Source of the DNA: Candidatus Nanohaloarchaea archaeon
GTDB taxonomy: Archaea > Nanohalarchaeota > Nanosalinia > Nanosalinales > Nanosalinaceae
Assembly: GCA_046539225.1 (NCBI GenBank)
Contig: JBKHHG010000009.1
Location: forward strand, 1 to 22,681
Reading direction: 5' to 3'
Length of the DNA stretch: 22,681 nucleotides
The notes under the pieces are model-generated. The model was not told where the DNA came from, searched no databases, and worked only from the letters and a program-made list of their open reading frames with translations. A program made the translations under genes and the position numbers. Of this stretch, positions 1 to 9,043 are shown in pieces; position 1 is the stretch's first letter, and the number at the start of each line of letters is the position of its first letter.

Positions 1-342
1 TAAGGTGCTTCTTGGATACACATCCGGCATTATATGGGCTTTAGTTCCTTCGACTTCTACAGCATCGGACGGGACTTCAACCTCTTCCCGGGTCTTGATT
101 AAGTAGTAGTCTCCCGGCTCGAGAGTTAATATGTCTTCCGAACCTTCTTGCAGGACTTTCTCGTTGTCTGGAGTATCTCGGGTATCTTGATGGAGAAAAC
201 CTTCTGAGGTTAACTTGAAGGCATCTCCCAGCCTTACTTCCAGGCCTACTCCTTCTGGATTCTCAAGCTCTCTTTCGGCAAGGCCGTGGATCATTCCGTG
301 TTCTTCACGCATTTCCAGAACTTTCTTGGCGGTAAGGATCAT
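1..342 (-). CDS. Trimeric dUTPase/dCTP deaminase family protein (5' part; runs off window start)
   Basis: Not in the ORF track. Translated by hand from ATG at 342: MILTAKKVLEMREEHGMIHGLAERELENPEGVGLEVRLG...LTLEPGDYYLIKTREEVEVP...DVYPRSTL. Open to position 1; LEPG..YLIKTxEEV and PRSTL (motif 2) are family hallmarks. Confidence 0.8.
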   Translation of the reverse strand, partial: MILTAKKVLEMREEHGMIHGLAERELENPEGVGLEVRLGDAFKLTSEGFLHQDTRDTPDNEKVLQEGSEDILTLEPGDYYLIKTREEVEVPSDAVEVEGTKAHIMPDVYPRSTL

Positions 343-377
343 AAAGATACTTTAGAAGAGAATTTTCATAACTTTAA

Positions 378-890
378 TCAGATTTCAAGGTAATCGCCGG
401 AGTAACCTTCTTCAACTTCCTTAATTCTGTGGAAAACTACCTGATTAAACCTTGCGTTCTCCTTTATTTCCACGCCTTCAGGGTTCTCCACTTTTAATAG
501 ACAGGCGCCTCTGACCGTTGTGCCCGCATCCCAGACTGCGTTTTCGATGCTGCAGCCCATTCTCAGCAGCGAGCTTCTTGGAAATGCGTAGGCCATCAGG
601 TTCTCGGGTATATCGACTTTTTCATTCATTTTCACTTTGTAAGCTCCGGGCTCAAGCTTCCACCAGCCGTAATCATTTCCAGGTTTTCTCTCAGGATTTA
701 ACTTTTCTGAGGCCGGTATTTTTCTTTCGTTGTTCGAAAAGTCCAGCTTTCCTTTTCCACTGTATTCATAAATTTCCCCGGCAGTCAAATCGAATCCCTG
801 TGGAGTCAACTGAGTCTCCAAATCGATGTAGTCCTGGATCAGGCCTTCACTCTCTATCTTTTCCTTGAGTTCGTGCTTGTTCAGAGGCAT
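378..890 (-). CDS. dut: Archaeal-type dUTPase (dUTPase/dCTP deaminase family) with atypical motif 3
   Basis: QLTPQGFDLT, LEPGAYKV, PRSSLLRMG, AVWDAG, ARFNQVVF and C-terminal EGYSGDY match archaeal dUTPases. Motif 3 reads WDAGTTVRG instead of WDAGYxGRG. Confidence 0.8.
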   Translation of the reverse strand: MPLNKHELKEKIESEGLIQDYIDLETQLTPQGFDLTAGEIYEYSGKGKLDFSNNERKIPASEKLNPERKPGNDYGWWKLEPGAYKVKMNEKVDIPENLMAYAFPRSSLLRMGCSIENAVWDAGTTVRGACLLKVENPEGVEIKENARFNQVVFHRIKEVEEGYSGDYLEI

Positions 891-951
891 AAATATTGAT
901 GGTGTTACATTGATAAAAAATTAGACCTGTTAACCTTTGTGTGAATCTTTA

Positions 952-2259
952 ATGGAAAGAACTTACACCGATAAGATAACTGAAGAAGATGACGGCGAAA
1001 AATTTACTGTGGCAGGCTGGGCCCACGAGATCAGGGATCTGGGAGGAATAACATTTGTAGTTCTCAGGGACAGAAAAGGCCAGATCCAGCTAACCTTCAA
1101 GGAAGACAGTAATGAAGAACTCTTCGAAAAGGCCCAGTACGTAGGGAAAGAAGACGTGATCAAGGCCTCAGGAATAGTTCAGGCCTCGGATCAGGCGCCG
1201 GGCGACAGAGAGATGCATCCGGATTCCCTGGAGATAGTGGGCGAGGCAGAATCACCTCTCCCGATGGACGTATCCAAGAACATTGACTCCGATCTCTCTA
1301 CCCGGTTAGACAACAGGTTCATGGATCTGAGGAGGCCTGAGAAGCACGCAGTATTCTCTCTGAGAGGCAAGATGCTTGAATCCATGGAGGAATGGTTCGC
1401 GGACAACAACTATATCAAAATCAATACACCGACTATCGCAAAGATGGGGGCGGAAGGAGGGGCAGAACTTTTCCCTGTAGTCTACTACGGAGATGAGGCC
1501 TTTCTAAGCCAGAGCCCGCAGCTCTACAAGCAAATGCTGATGGCAGCAGGCTTCGACAAAGTATATGAGACAGGTAAGGCCTTCAGGGCCGAGGAGTTCG
1601 CTACTTCGCGCCATGTTTCAGAGATCACGATGTTTGACGTCGAGTTAGCGTTTATAGAGGATCAGCACGACGTAATGGATGTGCTTGAAGACTCGCTGAC
1701 CTATACTCTTGAACAGCTGCAGAGCAAGGCCGCCGAAGAGCTGAACGAGTTAGGCGTCGATCTCGAGGTTCCAGAGGAGGACTTCCCGAGGATCAAGTTT
1801 GAGAAAGCCAGGGAAATCCTCGAGGAGGAATACGATCATGTTCCGGAAGACCCTGAGGATCTCGATACGAAAGGGGAGAAACTTCTCGGCGAGTACTTCG
1901 AGGAGAAAGGCCATCCCGCCTTCTTTGTCATCGGGTATCCCGGCGAAAAGTTTTACTACATGGAGGCCCGGGAAGGCGACGAATACCAGTCCCGCCGCTT
2001 TGACTTGATCTACAAAGGCCTCGAGTTGGCGTCAGGAGGGCAGAGAGAGCACGACCTTGAACGACTTGAGGCAGGGATGAAGAGGGACGGAGTCGACCCT
2101 GAAGACGTATCCTTCTACCTTGAATCATTCAAGTTCGGGATGCCGCCGCACGGAGGCTACGGATTAGGCCTCGACAGACTGGTCAGAAAGATCGCGGGCC
2201 TTGAAAACGTGAAGGAAGCTATACTGTTCCCGAGGGATCCAAACCGGCTGACCCCATAA
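952..2259 (+). CDS. aspS: Aspartate--tRNA(Asp/Asn) ligase, archaeal non-discriminating type
   Basis: OB-fold [21 protein letters not shown], motif 2 [11 protein letters not shown]...FRAEE...RH, motif 3 [15 protein letters not shown], terminal [14 protein letters not shown] at 952 preferred over TTG at 937. Confidence 0.96.
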   Translation: MERTYTDKITEEDDGEKFTVAGWAHEIRDLGGITFVVLRDRKGQIQLTFKEDSNEELFEKAQYVGKEDVIKASGIVQASDQAPGDREMHPDSLEIVGEAESPLPMDVSKNIDSDLSTRLDNRFMDLRRPEKHAVFSLRGKMLESMEEWFADNNYIKINTPTIAKMGAEGGAELFPVVYYGDEAFLSQSPQLYKQMLMAAGFDKVYETGKAFRAEEFATSRHVSEITMFDVELAFIEDQHDVMDVLEDSLTYTLEQLQSKAAEELNELGVDLEVPEEDFPRIKFEKAREILEEEYDHVPEDPEDLDTKGEKLLGEYFEEKGHPAFFVIGYPGEKFYYMEAREGDEYQSRRFDLIYKGLELASGGQREHDLERLEAGMKRDGVDPEDVSFYLESFKFGMPPHGGYGLGLDRLVRKIAGLENVKEAILFPRDPNRLTP

Positions 2260-2338
2260 TGAGGCCTGGTTTGAAGGCCTGCAGGATTTCCGGGTTTCCA
2301 AGTGTTTTTTATTCTAACACTTTACTTATTTTGTTAGA

Positions 2339-4864
2339 ATGAGTGATCAGGAAGCAGTGACGGAGGCGCAGGATTTCGGTGCGGATACGGAGATTAACAA
2401 GGTTACGTGTAAAGGTTTCAAGTCTTTCCAGAGGAAGACTGCTGTGCCTTTCTATGAAGGCCTGACCGCGATTGTTGGGGAGAACGGCTCGGGGAAGTCG
2501 AATATTCTGGATGCGTTGAGCTTTGTGTTTGGTAGGAGGTCTTCTCAGTTGAGAGCGGAGAAGATGACTCAGCTGATCTTTAACGGCGGTGAGGACGGTG
2601 AGCCCTCTGATTTTGCAAAGGTCACGGTCTATCTTGATAACTCTTCCGGTATCTTTGACGAGTTTCTTGATGAGGATGAGGAGGCTGAGGAGGTTACGGT
2701 CGGGCGGAAGATCACCCAGGCCGGGAGCTCGATGTACAAGTTTCAGGGCACTAACTGCAAGAAAAAGAAGATTGCGGATATCTCGAGGAAGGCCAATATT
2801 GACCCTAAAGGCTACCATTTTGTCCGTCAGGGCAAAGTGACGGAGATAGTTGAGCAGAGCGATACCGAGCGGAGAGAAGTGGTGGATGATCTTTCGGGCA
2901 TCTCGGAGTTCGATGAGAAGAAGGAGGAAGCTGTAGAGGATCTGGAGGAGGTGGAGGAGAAGCTGAGGGAGCAGGAGATCAAGCTTGATCAGAAGAAGGC
3001 CCACCTCAATAAGCTGAAGGAGGAGAAGGAGATTGCCTTGAAGTACCGGGAGCTGGAGAAGCGGAAGAGAAAGCTTGAGGCCTCGAAGCTTGAGGTGAGG
3101 AAGAGAGCCATCGCTAACAGGCTTGCAAACATTAATACTGATGTGTCAGACAGCCGCGAGCGCCTGGAAGAGCTGGAGGAAGAGCTGGAGGAGATCGATC
3201 AGGAGATAGAGGAGAAGCAGGACAGGATAGAGGAAATCGATGAGAAGCAGTCGCAGGGTAATACTGATGTTCAGCACCTTGAAAACAGGATTGAGAAGAA
3301 GAAAGGCCAGATCGAGAACAAGAGGGAACGAGTAAAAGACCTCGAGGACCAGATCGAGGACCTCAAGAAGATGAGCTCCCGGGGCTCCAAGAACAAGGCT
3401 GTGAATGCGGTGTTAGGCCTTGACTGGGATGGGGTCCATGGAAGCTTTCAGGACTTGATCTCGGCGGATGAGAAGTATGCTGTGGCGATCGAGACCGCGG
3501 CAGGAAGCCATATGGATGATGTGGTTGTCGAGGACCGAGATGTGGCTTCAAAGGCCATCGACTATCTGAAGAGGGAGAGTATTGGTAGGGCGAGGATGCT
3601 TCCGCTTGACAAGATCAAGGATCGGAACAGGAGCGCGAAGTCGAAGATGGCTTTGAAGAAGAAAGGAGTGATAGGCTACGCCGGCGACCTTGTAAACTAC
3701 AGCTCAGATTATGAAAAGGCTGTCAACTACGTCTTCTCCGACACCGTTATCGCGGAAGACCTCGACTCAGTCAAGGATATCGATGGAATCAGGGCAGTAA
3801 CTCTTGACGGCGATGTTATGAGCAGAGGCGGCGCGATGAGCGGTGGAAAGAAGAAAAAGAGGCACGGCAACAAGAAGAACCTGTCGAAAAGCCTTGATCC
3901 CGAAGAAAAGAAGAAAGAGAAAGAGGAGGTCGAGGAAGAGATCGAAGGCCTCCAGAAAGACATTGCAGAGCTTAAAAAGATGAAGAAGAGGAAGGAAGAG
4001 GAAGAAGAGACGGATGAAGAACTTCTTGAGGAGAAAAAACAGATTAGAGATGAGTTGAAGGATCTGCGTTCGGATAGACAGGATCTTTACAGCGAGCAGC
4101 AGAAGCTGGAGACGAAGATCGACGAGGTCGGCAGCAAAAAGGCCAATTTCAAGGCCGAGCTGGAGAATATTAAAGATGATCTTGAGGAGTACGAGTTCGA
4201 TGAGGAGGAGCTTGTAGGCCTTGACTCATCGCCGGAAGACCTGAAAAGGAAGAAGTCAAAGGTTGTGAAGAAGATTAACTCGATGGGGCCTGTGAATATG
4301 CGGGCTATCAACGAGTACAAGGAGAAGAAAGAGGAATACGACGAGTTCAAGGAGAAGGTCTCCGAGGTTCGGCAGGAGAAGCTTGAGATCGAGGATTTGA
4401 TAGAGGAGATAGAGTCGAAGAAACGGGAGAGGTTTATGGAGGTCTTCAACCAGATCAACGGGAGCTTCCAGGAGATCTTCCAGAAGCTTTTCGGCGGTGG
4501 AAACAGCGAGCTCGTCCTGGAAGACGATGACATCGAGAAAGGCCTTAAGATCCGCGCAGCCCCTCCAGACAAAGACCCGCATATAATCCAGGCCTTATCG
4601 GGAGGAGAGAAGACTATGACAGCTATCGCGTTTGTGTTCGCTATACTGGAGTACGAGGAGTCTCCTTTCTACATTATGGATGAGATTGACGCTGCTCTGG
4701 ATGATTCAAACTCGAAGAAGCTGTCAGAGCTGCTTAAAGATTACGCGGAGGAAAACCAGTTTATCGTCATCAGCCACAACGATATCACGGTGAGGCACGC
4801 GGAAAGAGCCTACGGTGTCTCCCTGAGGAACGGGAGGTCGAAGATAAGAAGTATAGAGCTCTGA
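2339..4864 (+). CDS. smc: Chromosome segregation protein SMC (short, 841 aa)
   Basis: GFKSF, Walker A GENGSGKSN, Q-loop VRQG, coiled coils, hinge (GVHG...AIETAAG...GRARMLPLDKI...VTLDGD..GGAMSGG), LGPVN-like MGPVNMRAI, signature LSGGEK, Walker B/D-loop MDEIDAALD, H-loop ISH. Confidence 0.96.
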   Translation: MSDQEAVTEAQDFGADTEINKVTCKGFKSFQRKTAVPFYEGLTAIVGENGSGKSNILDALSFVFGRRSSQLRAEKMTQLIFNGGEDGEPSDFAKVTVYLDNSSGIFDEFLDEDEEAEEVTVGRKITQAGSSMYKFQGTNCKKKKIADISRKANIDPKGYHFVRQGKVTEIVEQSDTERREVVDDLSGISEFDEKKEEAVEDLEEVEEKLREQEIKLDQKKAHLNKLKEEKEIALKYRELEKRKRKLEASKLEVRKRAIANRLANINTDVSDSRERLEELEEELEEIDQEIEEKQDRIEEIDEKQSQGNTDVQHLENRIEKKKGQIENKRERVKDLEDQIEDLKKMSSRGSKNKAVNAVLGLDWDGVHGSFQDLISADEKYAVAIETAAGSHMDDVVVEDRDVASKAIDYLKRESIGRARMLPLDKIKDRNRSAKSKMALKKKGVIGYAGDLVNYSSDYEKAVNYVFSDTVIAEDLDSVKDIDGIRAVTLDGDVMSRGGAMSGGKKKKRHGNKKNLSKSLDPEEKKKEKEEVEEEIEGLQKDIAELKKMKKRKEEEEETDEELLEEKKQIRDELKDLRSDRQDLYSEQQKLETKIDEVGSKKANFKAELENIKDDLEEYEFDEEELVGLDSSPEDLKRKKSKVVKKINSMGPVNMRAINEYKEKKEEYDEFKEKVSEVRQEKLEIEDLIEEIESKKRERFMEVFNQINGSFQEIFQKLFGGGNSELVLEDDDIEKGLKIRAAPPDKDPHIIQALSGGEKTMTAIAFVFAILEYEESPFYIMDEIDAALDDSNSKKLSELLKDYAEENQFIVISHNDITVRHAERAYGVSLRNGRSKIRSIEL

Positions 4865-4933
4865 ATTAAAGGATAAAAAAGGCCTTACATAAACTTCTTT
4901 CAGGGGGAAGGGATTTCGAGATGGTAAACGACA

Positions 4934-5620
4934 ATGGAAGAACACCAAGTTGAAATGATAGCGGAGCAGCCCTGGGAGGAGACCCTGGAGTTCTTGACGG
5001 CCGACATGCCTCCGCAGGAGATAGATATAAGTGTTCTTGCGGACCGATACAAGAAGTATATTGACGAGATGCAGGAGTACGACCTTTCAGTACCTGCGAA
5101 AGCGGTCAGGATCTGCGCCGCACTTTTGAACATGAAGGCCATGGCACTCTACGAAACTGAAGAACAGACACAGGAAGAAGAGATGGAGCACCCTATGGAC
5201 TTCGAAGAAGAGGAAGACGAGATAGAGCTCGAGATAGGGCCTGAACTCGATATGCCTGTGAAAAATAGGCCTCAACGAAGAATGAGGTTCGAAGAACTGA
5301 AAGAGGCCTTGAACGATGCACTGGAAGTGAAAGAACAGCGAGAGGAACGCCAGGAGAGAAGGATGGAGATAGATGAGGCCTTTGAAATGGATGAAGAAGA
5401 TCTAACGGATAAACTGGACTCTTTGATGGACTCGATCGTTTCTTTCGTCGGGCGAGACGGGGAAAAAGTAGAGTTCGAGTCCTTGCTGGAGCAGCAGGAC
5501 CGAGAGGAGAAGATTGAAAAGTTCAAGCATGTTCTGCATCTTGAAAACGATGAACAGGTAAGACTAATACAGGAAGAGTTTTTGGGCGACTTACATGTCC
5601 AGCCGGAGGAGGTGAACTGA
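4934..5620 (+). CDS. scpA: Segregation/condensation protein A (kleisin)
   Basis: Directly after smc; N-terminal MPPQEIDISVLADRY...AALLNMKA, acidic linker, C-terminal winged helix F..VLHL...V.LIQEEFLGDL. Confidence 0.88.
   Translation: MEEHQVEMIAEQPWEETLEFLTADMPPQEIDISVLADRYKKYIDEMQEYDLSVPAKAVRICAALLNMKAMALYETEEQTQEEEMEHPMDFEEEEDEIELEIGPELDMPVKNRPQRRMRFEELKEALNDALEVKEQREERQERRMEIDEAFEMDEEDLTDKLDSLMDSIVSFVGRDGEKVEFESLLEQQDREEKIEKFKHVLHLENDEQVRLIQEEFLGDLHVQPEEVN
5608..5615 (+). promoter_or_regulatory. Shine-Dalgarno GGAGGTGA for scpB
   Basis: GGAGGTGA ends 5 nt before the TTG at 5621, supporting that start. Confidence 0.7.
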
Positions 5621-6124
5621 TTGGAGGATAAAAAAGCAAAGCTCGAGGCCGCTCTTTTCCTCGCTGAAGAACCGCTCGAAAGGAAAGAAGTTGCGGATGT
5701 TTTGAACCTTGGAAGCATCGGCTACGTCGACATGCTGATAGAAGAGTTCGAGGAAATGCTTGAAGAAGAGCATAGAGGCCTTGAACTGATACAGACAGAG
5801 GAAGGATACGAGCTGAAGGTTAAAAAGGATCATTTAGATGAGGTTGCGCATCTCGCGCCTCACCAGGATTTAAATTCGGGTCAGCTCCGGACCTTATCGG
5901 TTATAGCCTATAATGCGCCTGTTGAGCAGAAGCGTATTGTAGAGGTGCGGGGTAACAGGGCCTACCAGCATATAAAGGAGCTTGTGTCCCGGGGATTCGT
6001 TTCAAAGGAGAAGGATGGCAGGACAGCCACGCTCGACGTTACAGACCATTTCCTGGACTACTTCGAGATAGAGTCGCTCGAAGAGTTCAAAGAGGGCAAG
6101 GATACCGAGACCGAGATGCTGTAG
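5621..6124 (+). CDS. scpB: SMC-Scp complex subunit ScpB (kite)
   Basis: LEAALFLAEEPL, GLEL...GYEL, LRTLSVIAYNAPV...IVEVRG, T..FLDYF.IESLEE; abuts scpA; TTG start with SD. Confidence 0.93.
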   Translation: MEDKKAKLEAALFLAEEPLERKEVADVLNLGSIGYVDMLIEEFEEMLEEEHRGLELIQTEEGYELKVKKDHLDEVAHLAPHQDLNSGQLRTLSVIAYNAPVEQKRIVEVRGNRAYQHIKELVSRGFVSKEKDGRTATLDVTDHFLDYFEIESLEEFKEGKDTETEML

Positions 6125-6165
6125 ACTCGAGTCTTTTTAGTCTTCCCGGGTTTTAACTTACTGTA

Positions 6166-8052
6166 ATGGAGATCACCAGTCTTGACCTTTCGATACTTGA
6201 GGAAGAGTTCTCGAAGCTTGAGGACGGGCATGTTCAGAAGGTTTACCAGAGAGGCCAGGAGCTGACAATAGAGGTATATGTGCCGGGAGATGAGAAGAAG
6301 CGGGTGGTGATTGGTACGGACAAGGCCTTTATCTCGAAGTACAAACGTGACAATCCTATGAAGCCTCCAGGTTTCTGCATGGAGCTTAGAAAGCATCTGG
6401 GCAAGGTTGACAGTATCACGCAGAAAGGATTTGACCGGGTGCTTGTAATTGAAAGCGGCGACACCAAGCTGATCTGCGAGCTCTTCGGCAAAGGCAACTA
6501 TATACTGACAAAGGAAGGCAAGATTATCGGAGCCTTGAGAGAAGAGGAATGGGTTGACCGGGAGATCAGGGTAGGCCTTGAGTACGAGTTCCCTGAACCG
6601 GCGGACGACCCACGCGGAAAGAACTATATAGAGATGCTTGAAGGCGGTGAAGTAGTGCGTCGAATCGCTTCAGACCTGTCGCTCGGCGGCACGTACGCCG
6701 AGGAGATCTGCACGAGACTCGGCATCGAAAAAGACAGGCCTGTAGAAGATCTTTCAATGGAAGAAAGGCAGAGACTTGAAGAAGAGATCCAGAACTTTCT
6801 GAACCCGGAGCCGAGGCCTGTGCTCTACACGGAAAACGGTTTCCCCGAGAGAGCAGCGCCTTTCCCACTCCAAAACTATGAGAAATATGAAAAAGAAGAG
6901 TTTGAAAGTTTTTCCGAGGCCCTGGACGAGTACTACTACAGGAAGAAGCAGAAGAAAGAGGAGAGAAAGAAAAAGGAGAAGTACAGGGAGGAACTGGAAG
7001 GCCTGAAGCAGAAGAAACAGCAGCAGGAGAGAAAGATTCAAGGCCTAAAGAAATCTTCCAGGCAGAACAGGAGAAAGGCTGAACTGATCTACGAGAACTA
7101 TCAGGAGCTTGAAAAAGTTAAAAAAGCTCTGGAGACCGGTGTGGAACAGTATGGATGGAATAAAACCCGGGAGACGTTGGAAGAGGCTGATATGGAGGAG
7201 GCCTCGAAGATTAAGACGTTGAATGAGCAGAACGGGTTTTTCAGTTATCAGCTTGAGGAGGATTCTGTGAAAATCTTTCTTTTCCAGGATCTGGAGGCCA
7301 CGGCTTCAGGCTACTACGACAAAGCTAAAGATTCGGAGCAGAAGATGGAGAACGCGGAAAAGGCCCTGGAAGCCACCAAAAAAGAGATCGAGGATCTCGG
7401 CGAGGAAGACGTACAGGTTGAAGAGGTTATGGAGGACAAGTCGGAGAAGCGGGGAAAGAAATGGTTTGAGAAGTACCGGTGGTTTTACTCCAGCGATGGC
7501 TTCCTTGTTGTGGTAGGTAGGGATGCTCAGACCAATGAGATGCTTGTAAAGAAGCATATGGAAGACACGGATCTCTATCTTCACGCAGACTTTGACGGCG
7601 CCCCCAGTGTCGTGGTGAAGGATGGGCAGGATGCGCCGGAGGAGACCCTGAAGCAGGCGGCGAAAGCGGCTGTAACATTTACAAAGGCCTGGAAGGCGGG
7701 TATAGGAGCGGCGGATGTCTACTACGTCGAGCCAGAACAGGTGACGAAAGACCCTGAATCAGGAGAGTATCTTTCAAAAGGCGCTTTCGTTATCAGAGGA
7801 GAGCGAGAATACTTCAGGAATATCAAGATCGATGCCTGTATAGGGCCTTACAAAATAGAGGATTTCTACGTGCCGATGTGCGGGCCTGAAAAAGCAGTAG
7901 AGGAACAGTGCGAGGAGAAGATCAAGTTGAGGCCTGGAAGGGATAAGAAGAGCGAAGTCGCAAAGCAGGTTAACTCCAGGCTGAAAGATTACGATCTTGA
8001 CCTGGACTACACTGTACGTTCGCTTCCACCCGGAAAGTCCGAGACCGTCTAA
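6166..8052 (+). CDS. rqcH: Ribosome quality-control protein RqcH/Rqc2 (NEMF, NFACT family)
   Basis: PPGFCMELRKHL, Q.GFDRV, ELFGKGN, LGGTYAEEIC (HhH), coiled coil, NFACT-R WFEKYRWFYSSDGFLVVVGRDAQTNE..VKK, HADFDGAP, ESGEYLSKGAFVIRGER. Confidence 0.93.
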   Translation: MEITSLDLSILEEEFSKLEDGHVQKVYQRGQELTIEVYVPGDEKKRVVIGTDKAFISKYKRDNPMKPPGFCMELRKHLGKVDSITQKGFDRVLVIESGDTKLICELFGKGNYILTKEGKIIGALREEEWVDREIRVGLEYEFPEPADDPRGKNYIEMLEGGEVVRRIASDLSLGGTYAEEICTRLGIEKDRPVEDLSMEERQRLEEEIQNFLNPEPRPVLYTENGFPERAAPFPLQNYEKYEKEEFESFSEALDEYYYRKKQKKEERKKKEKYREELEGLKQKKQQQERKIQGLKKSSRQNRRKAELIYENYQELEKVKKALETGVEQYGWNKTRETLEEADMEEASKIKTLNEQNGFFSYQLEEDSVKIFLFQDLEATASGYYDKAKDSEQKMENAEKALEATKKEIEDLGEEDVQVEEVMEDKSEKRGKKWFEKYRWFYSSDGFLVVVGRDAQTNEMLVKKHMEDTDLYLHADFDGAPSVVVKDGQDAPEETLKQAAKAAVTFTKAWKAGIGAADVYYVEPEQVTKDPESGEYLSKGAFVIRGEREYFRNIKIDACIGPYKIEDFYVPMCGPEKAVEEQCEEKIKLRPGRDKKSEVAKQVNSRLKDYDLDLDYTVRSLPPGKSETV

Positions 8053-8936
8053 ACACTTTCTTCAGGGTCAAGATTGGAGAGATCGACGTCAGATATCAGG
8101 TTGAATCCTGAAGTTACAACCCAGATAAGCATAGTCCACGCAAAAATCATGGTTACAGGCGTGCCAAGGCATCTAAAACCTGATAGAGGTACATTGACAG
8201 AGGTCCAGAAACCTATCTGCTGAGTTATGAAAGAAGTAACAAATCCTGCGAGGACTGAAAGAGTCAGTACAGCGCCAAGCTTATCCCGTTCTCTGTATGA
8301 AATATTTGCGATTATGCCCTGGCCTTTCTTCCTGAACTCAAAGTACTCTATAACAAATAAAAGGCCTACAAGAGAGCCTATAAACATTAAATACGATGTC
8401 AGGCTTCCAGCATCGACTACAAGTAAGAGGAACGGCGCCGCCATCATTAGAAGGCCTGTATGGACGAAGTAGCGGTAGTAATCAGATCCAAACTCTTTTT
8501 TAAGCATTGTTTCGGCCTCGAAAACTCTTTTTAAAATCCTGAAGATTGCGTAGCCCGGCATTATCAACAGGCCGTAAACGAAAATCGTTTCAAACGCAAA
8601 GTTAATGGCCTGAACCGATAAAAACGTTTCTGGCAGAGTAAAAGCTCCCTGCCAGACTCCTGTGACCGCTGCACCATAAATCTCGGATATAAACCCGAGT
8701 ACTGCACCTGAAAACAGTACAAACATCGCGCCCTGCAGAGGAGATATTTTCTTGGCGAGCAGCGGTTCCTGGTCCGCGATGAAGTAGTTCAACGAGTCGA
8801 AGAACAGGAATAGGCCTATACATGTGAAAACATAGATGTGCTTCAGCTGGCCGACATCGGTGAAAAGGTTCAGTAACGCCAGCACCACGAGGAAGAGGCC
8901 TGATACTCCGTAAAGTTTCTGGAACTTTGAGTCCAT
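8049..8936 (-). CDS. Hypothetical polytopic membrane protein with two similar halves
   Basis: About 8 hydrophobic segments; similar motifs GFISEIYGAAVTGVW and GFVTSFITQQIGFW. ATG at 8936 lies about 24 nt downstream of a TTTTAA box. Confidence 0.7.
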   Translation of the reverse strand: MDSKFQKLYGVSGLFLVVLALLNLFTDVGQLKHIYVFTCIGLFLFFDSLNYFIADQEPLLAKKISPLQGAMFVLFSGAVLGFISEIYGAAVTGVWQGAFTLPETFLSVQAINFAFETIFVYGLLIMPGYAIFRILKRVFEAETMLKKEFGSDYYRYFVHTGLLMMAAPFLLLVVDAGSLTSYLMFIGSLVGLLFVIEYFEFRKKGQGIIANISYRERDKLGAVLTLSVLAGFVTSFITQQIGFWTSVNVPLSGFRCLGTPVTMIFAWTMLIWVVTSGFNLISDVDLSNLDPEESV

Positions 8937-9043
8937 ACCATTCAAAGACTCACGCCGGGTTAAAATAATACCGCCTCATTCCACCAGGAACTTTACAGGT
9001 CTGTTACCCAAAATAATCAATAGGCCTGAAATAAAAAAATGTT

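Noticed and set aside
2309..3004. 231-aa antisense ORF, plus the many other shadow ORFs opposite smc, scpA, rqcH and hel308
   Set aside because: Leu/Ser/Phe-rich mirror images of Glu/Lys-rich coding strands with no motifs.
2339..6124. Wadjet/MksBEF-type defence system
   Set aside because: The SMC has a canonical hinge and typical ScpA/ScpB partners, and no JetD/Toprim nuclease is adjacent.
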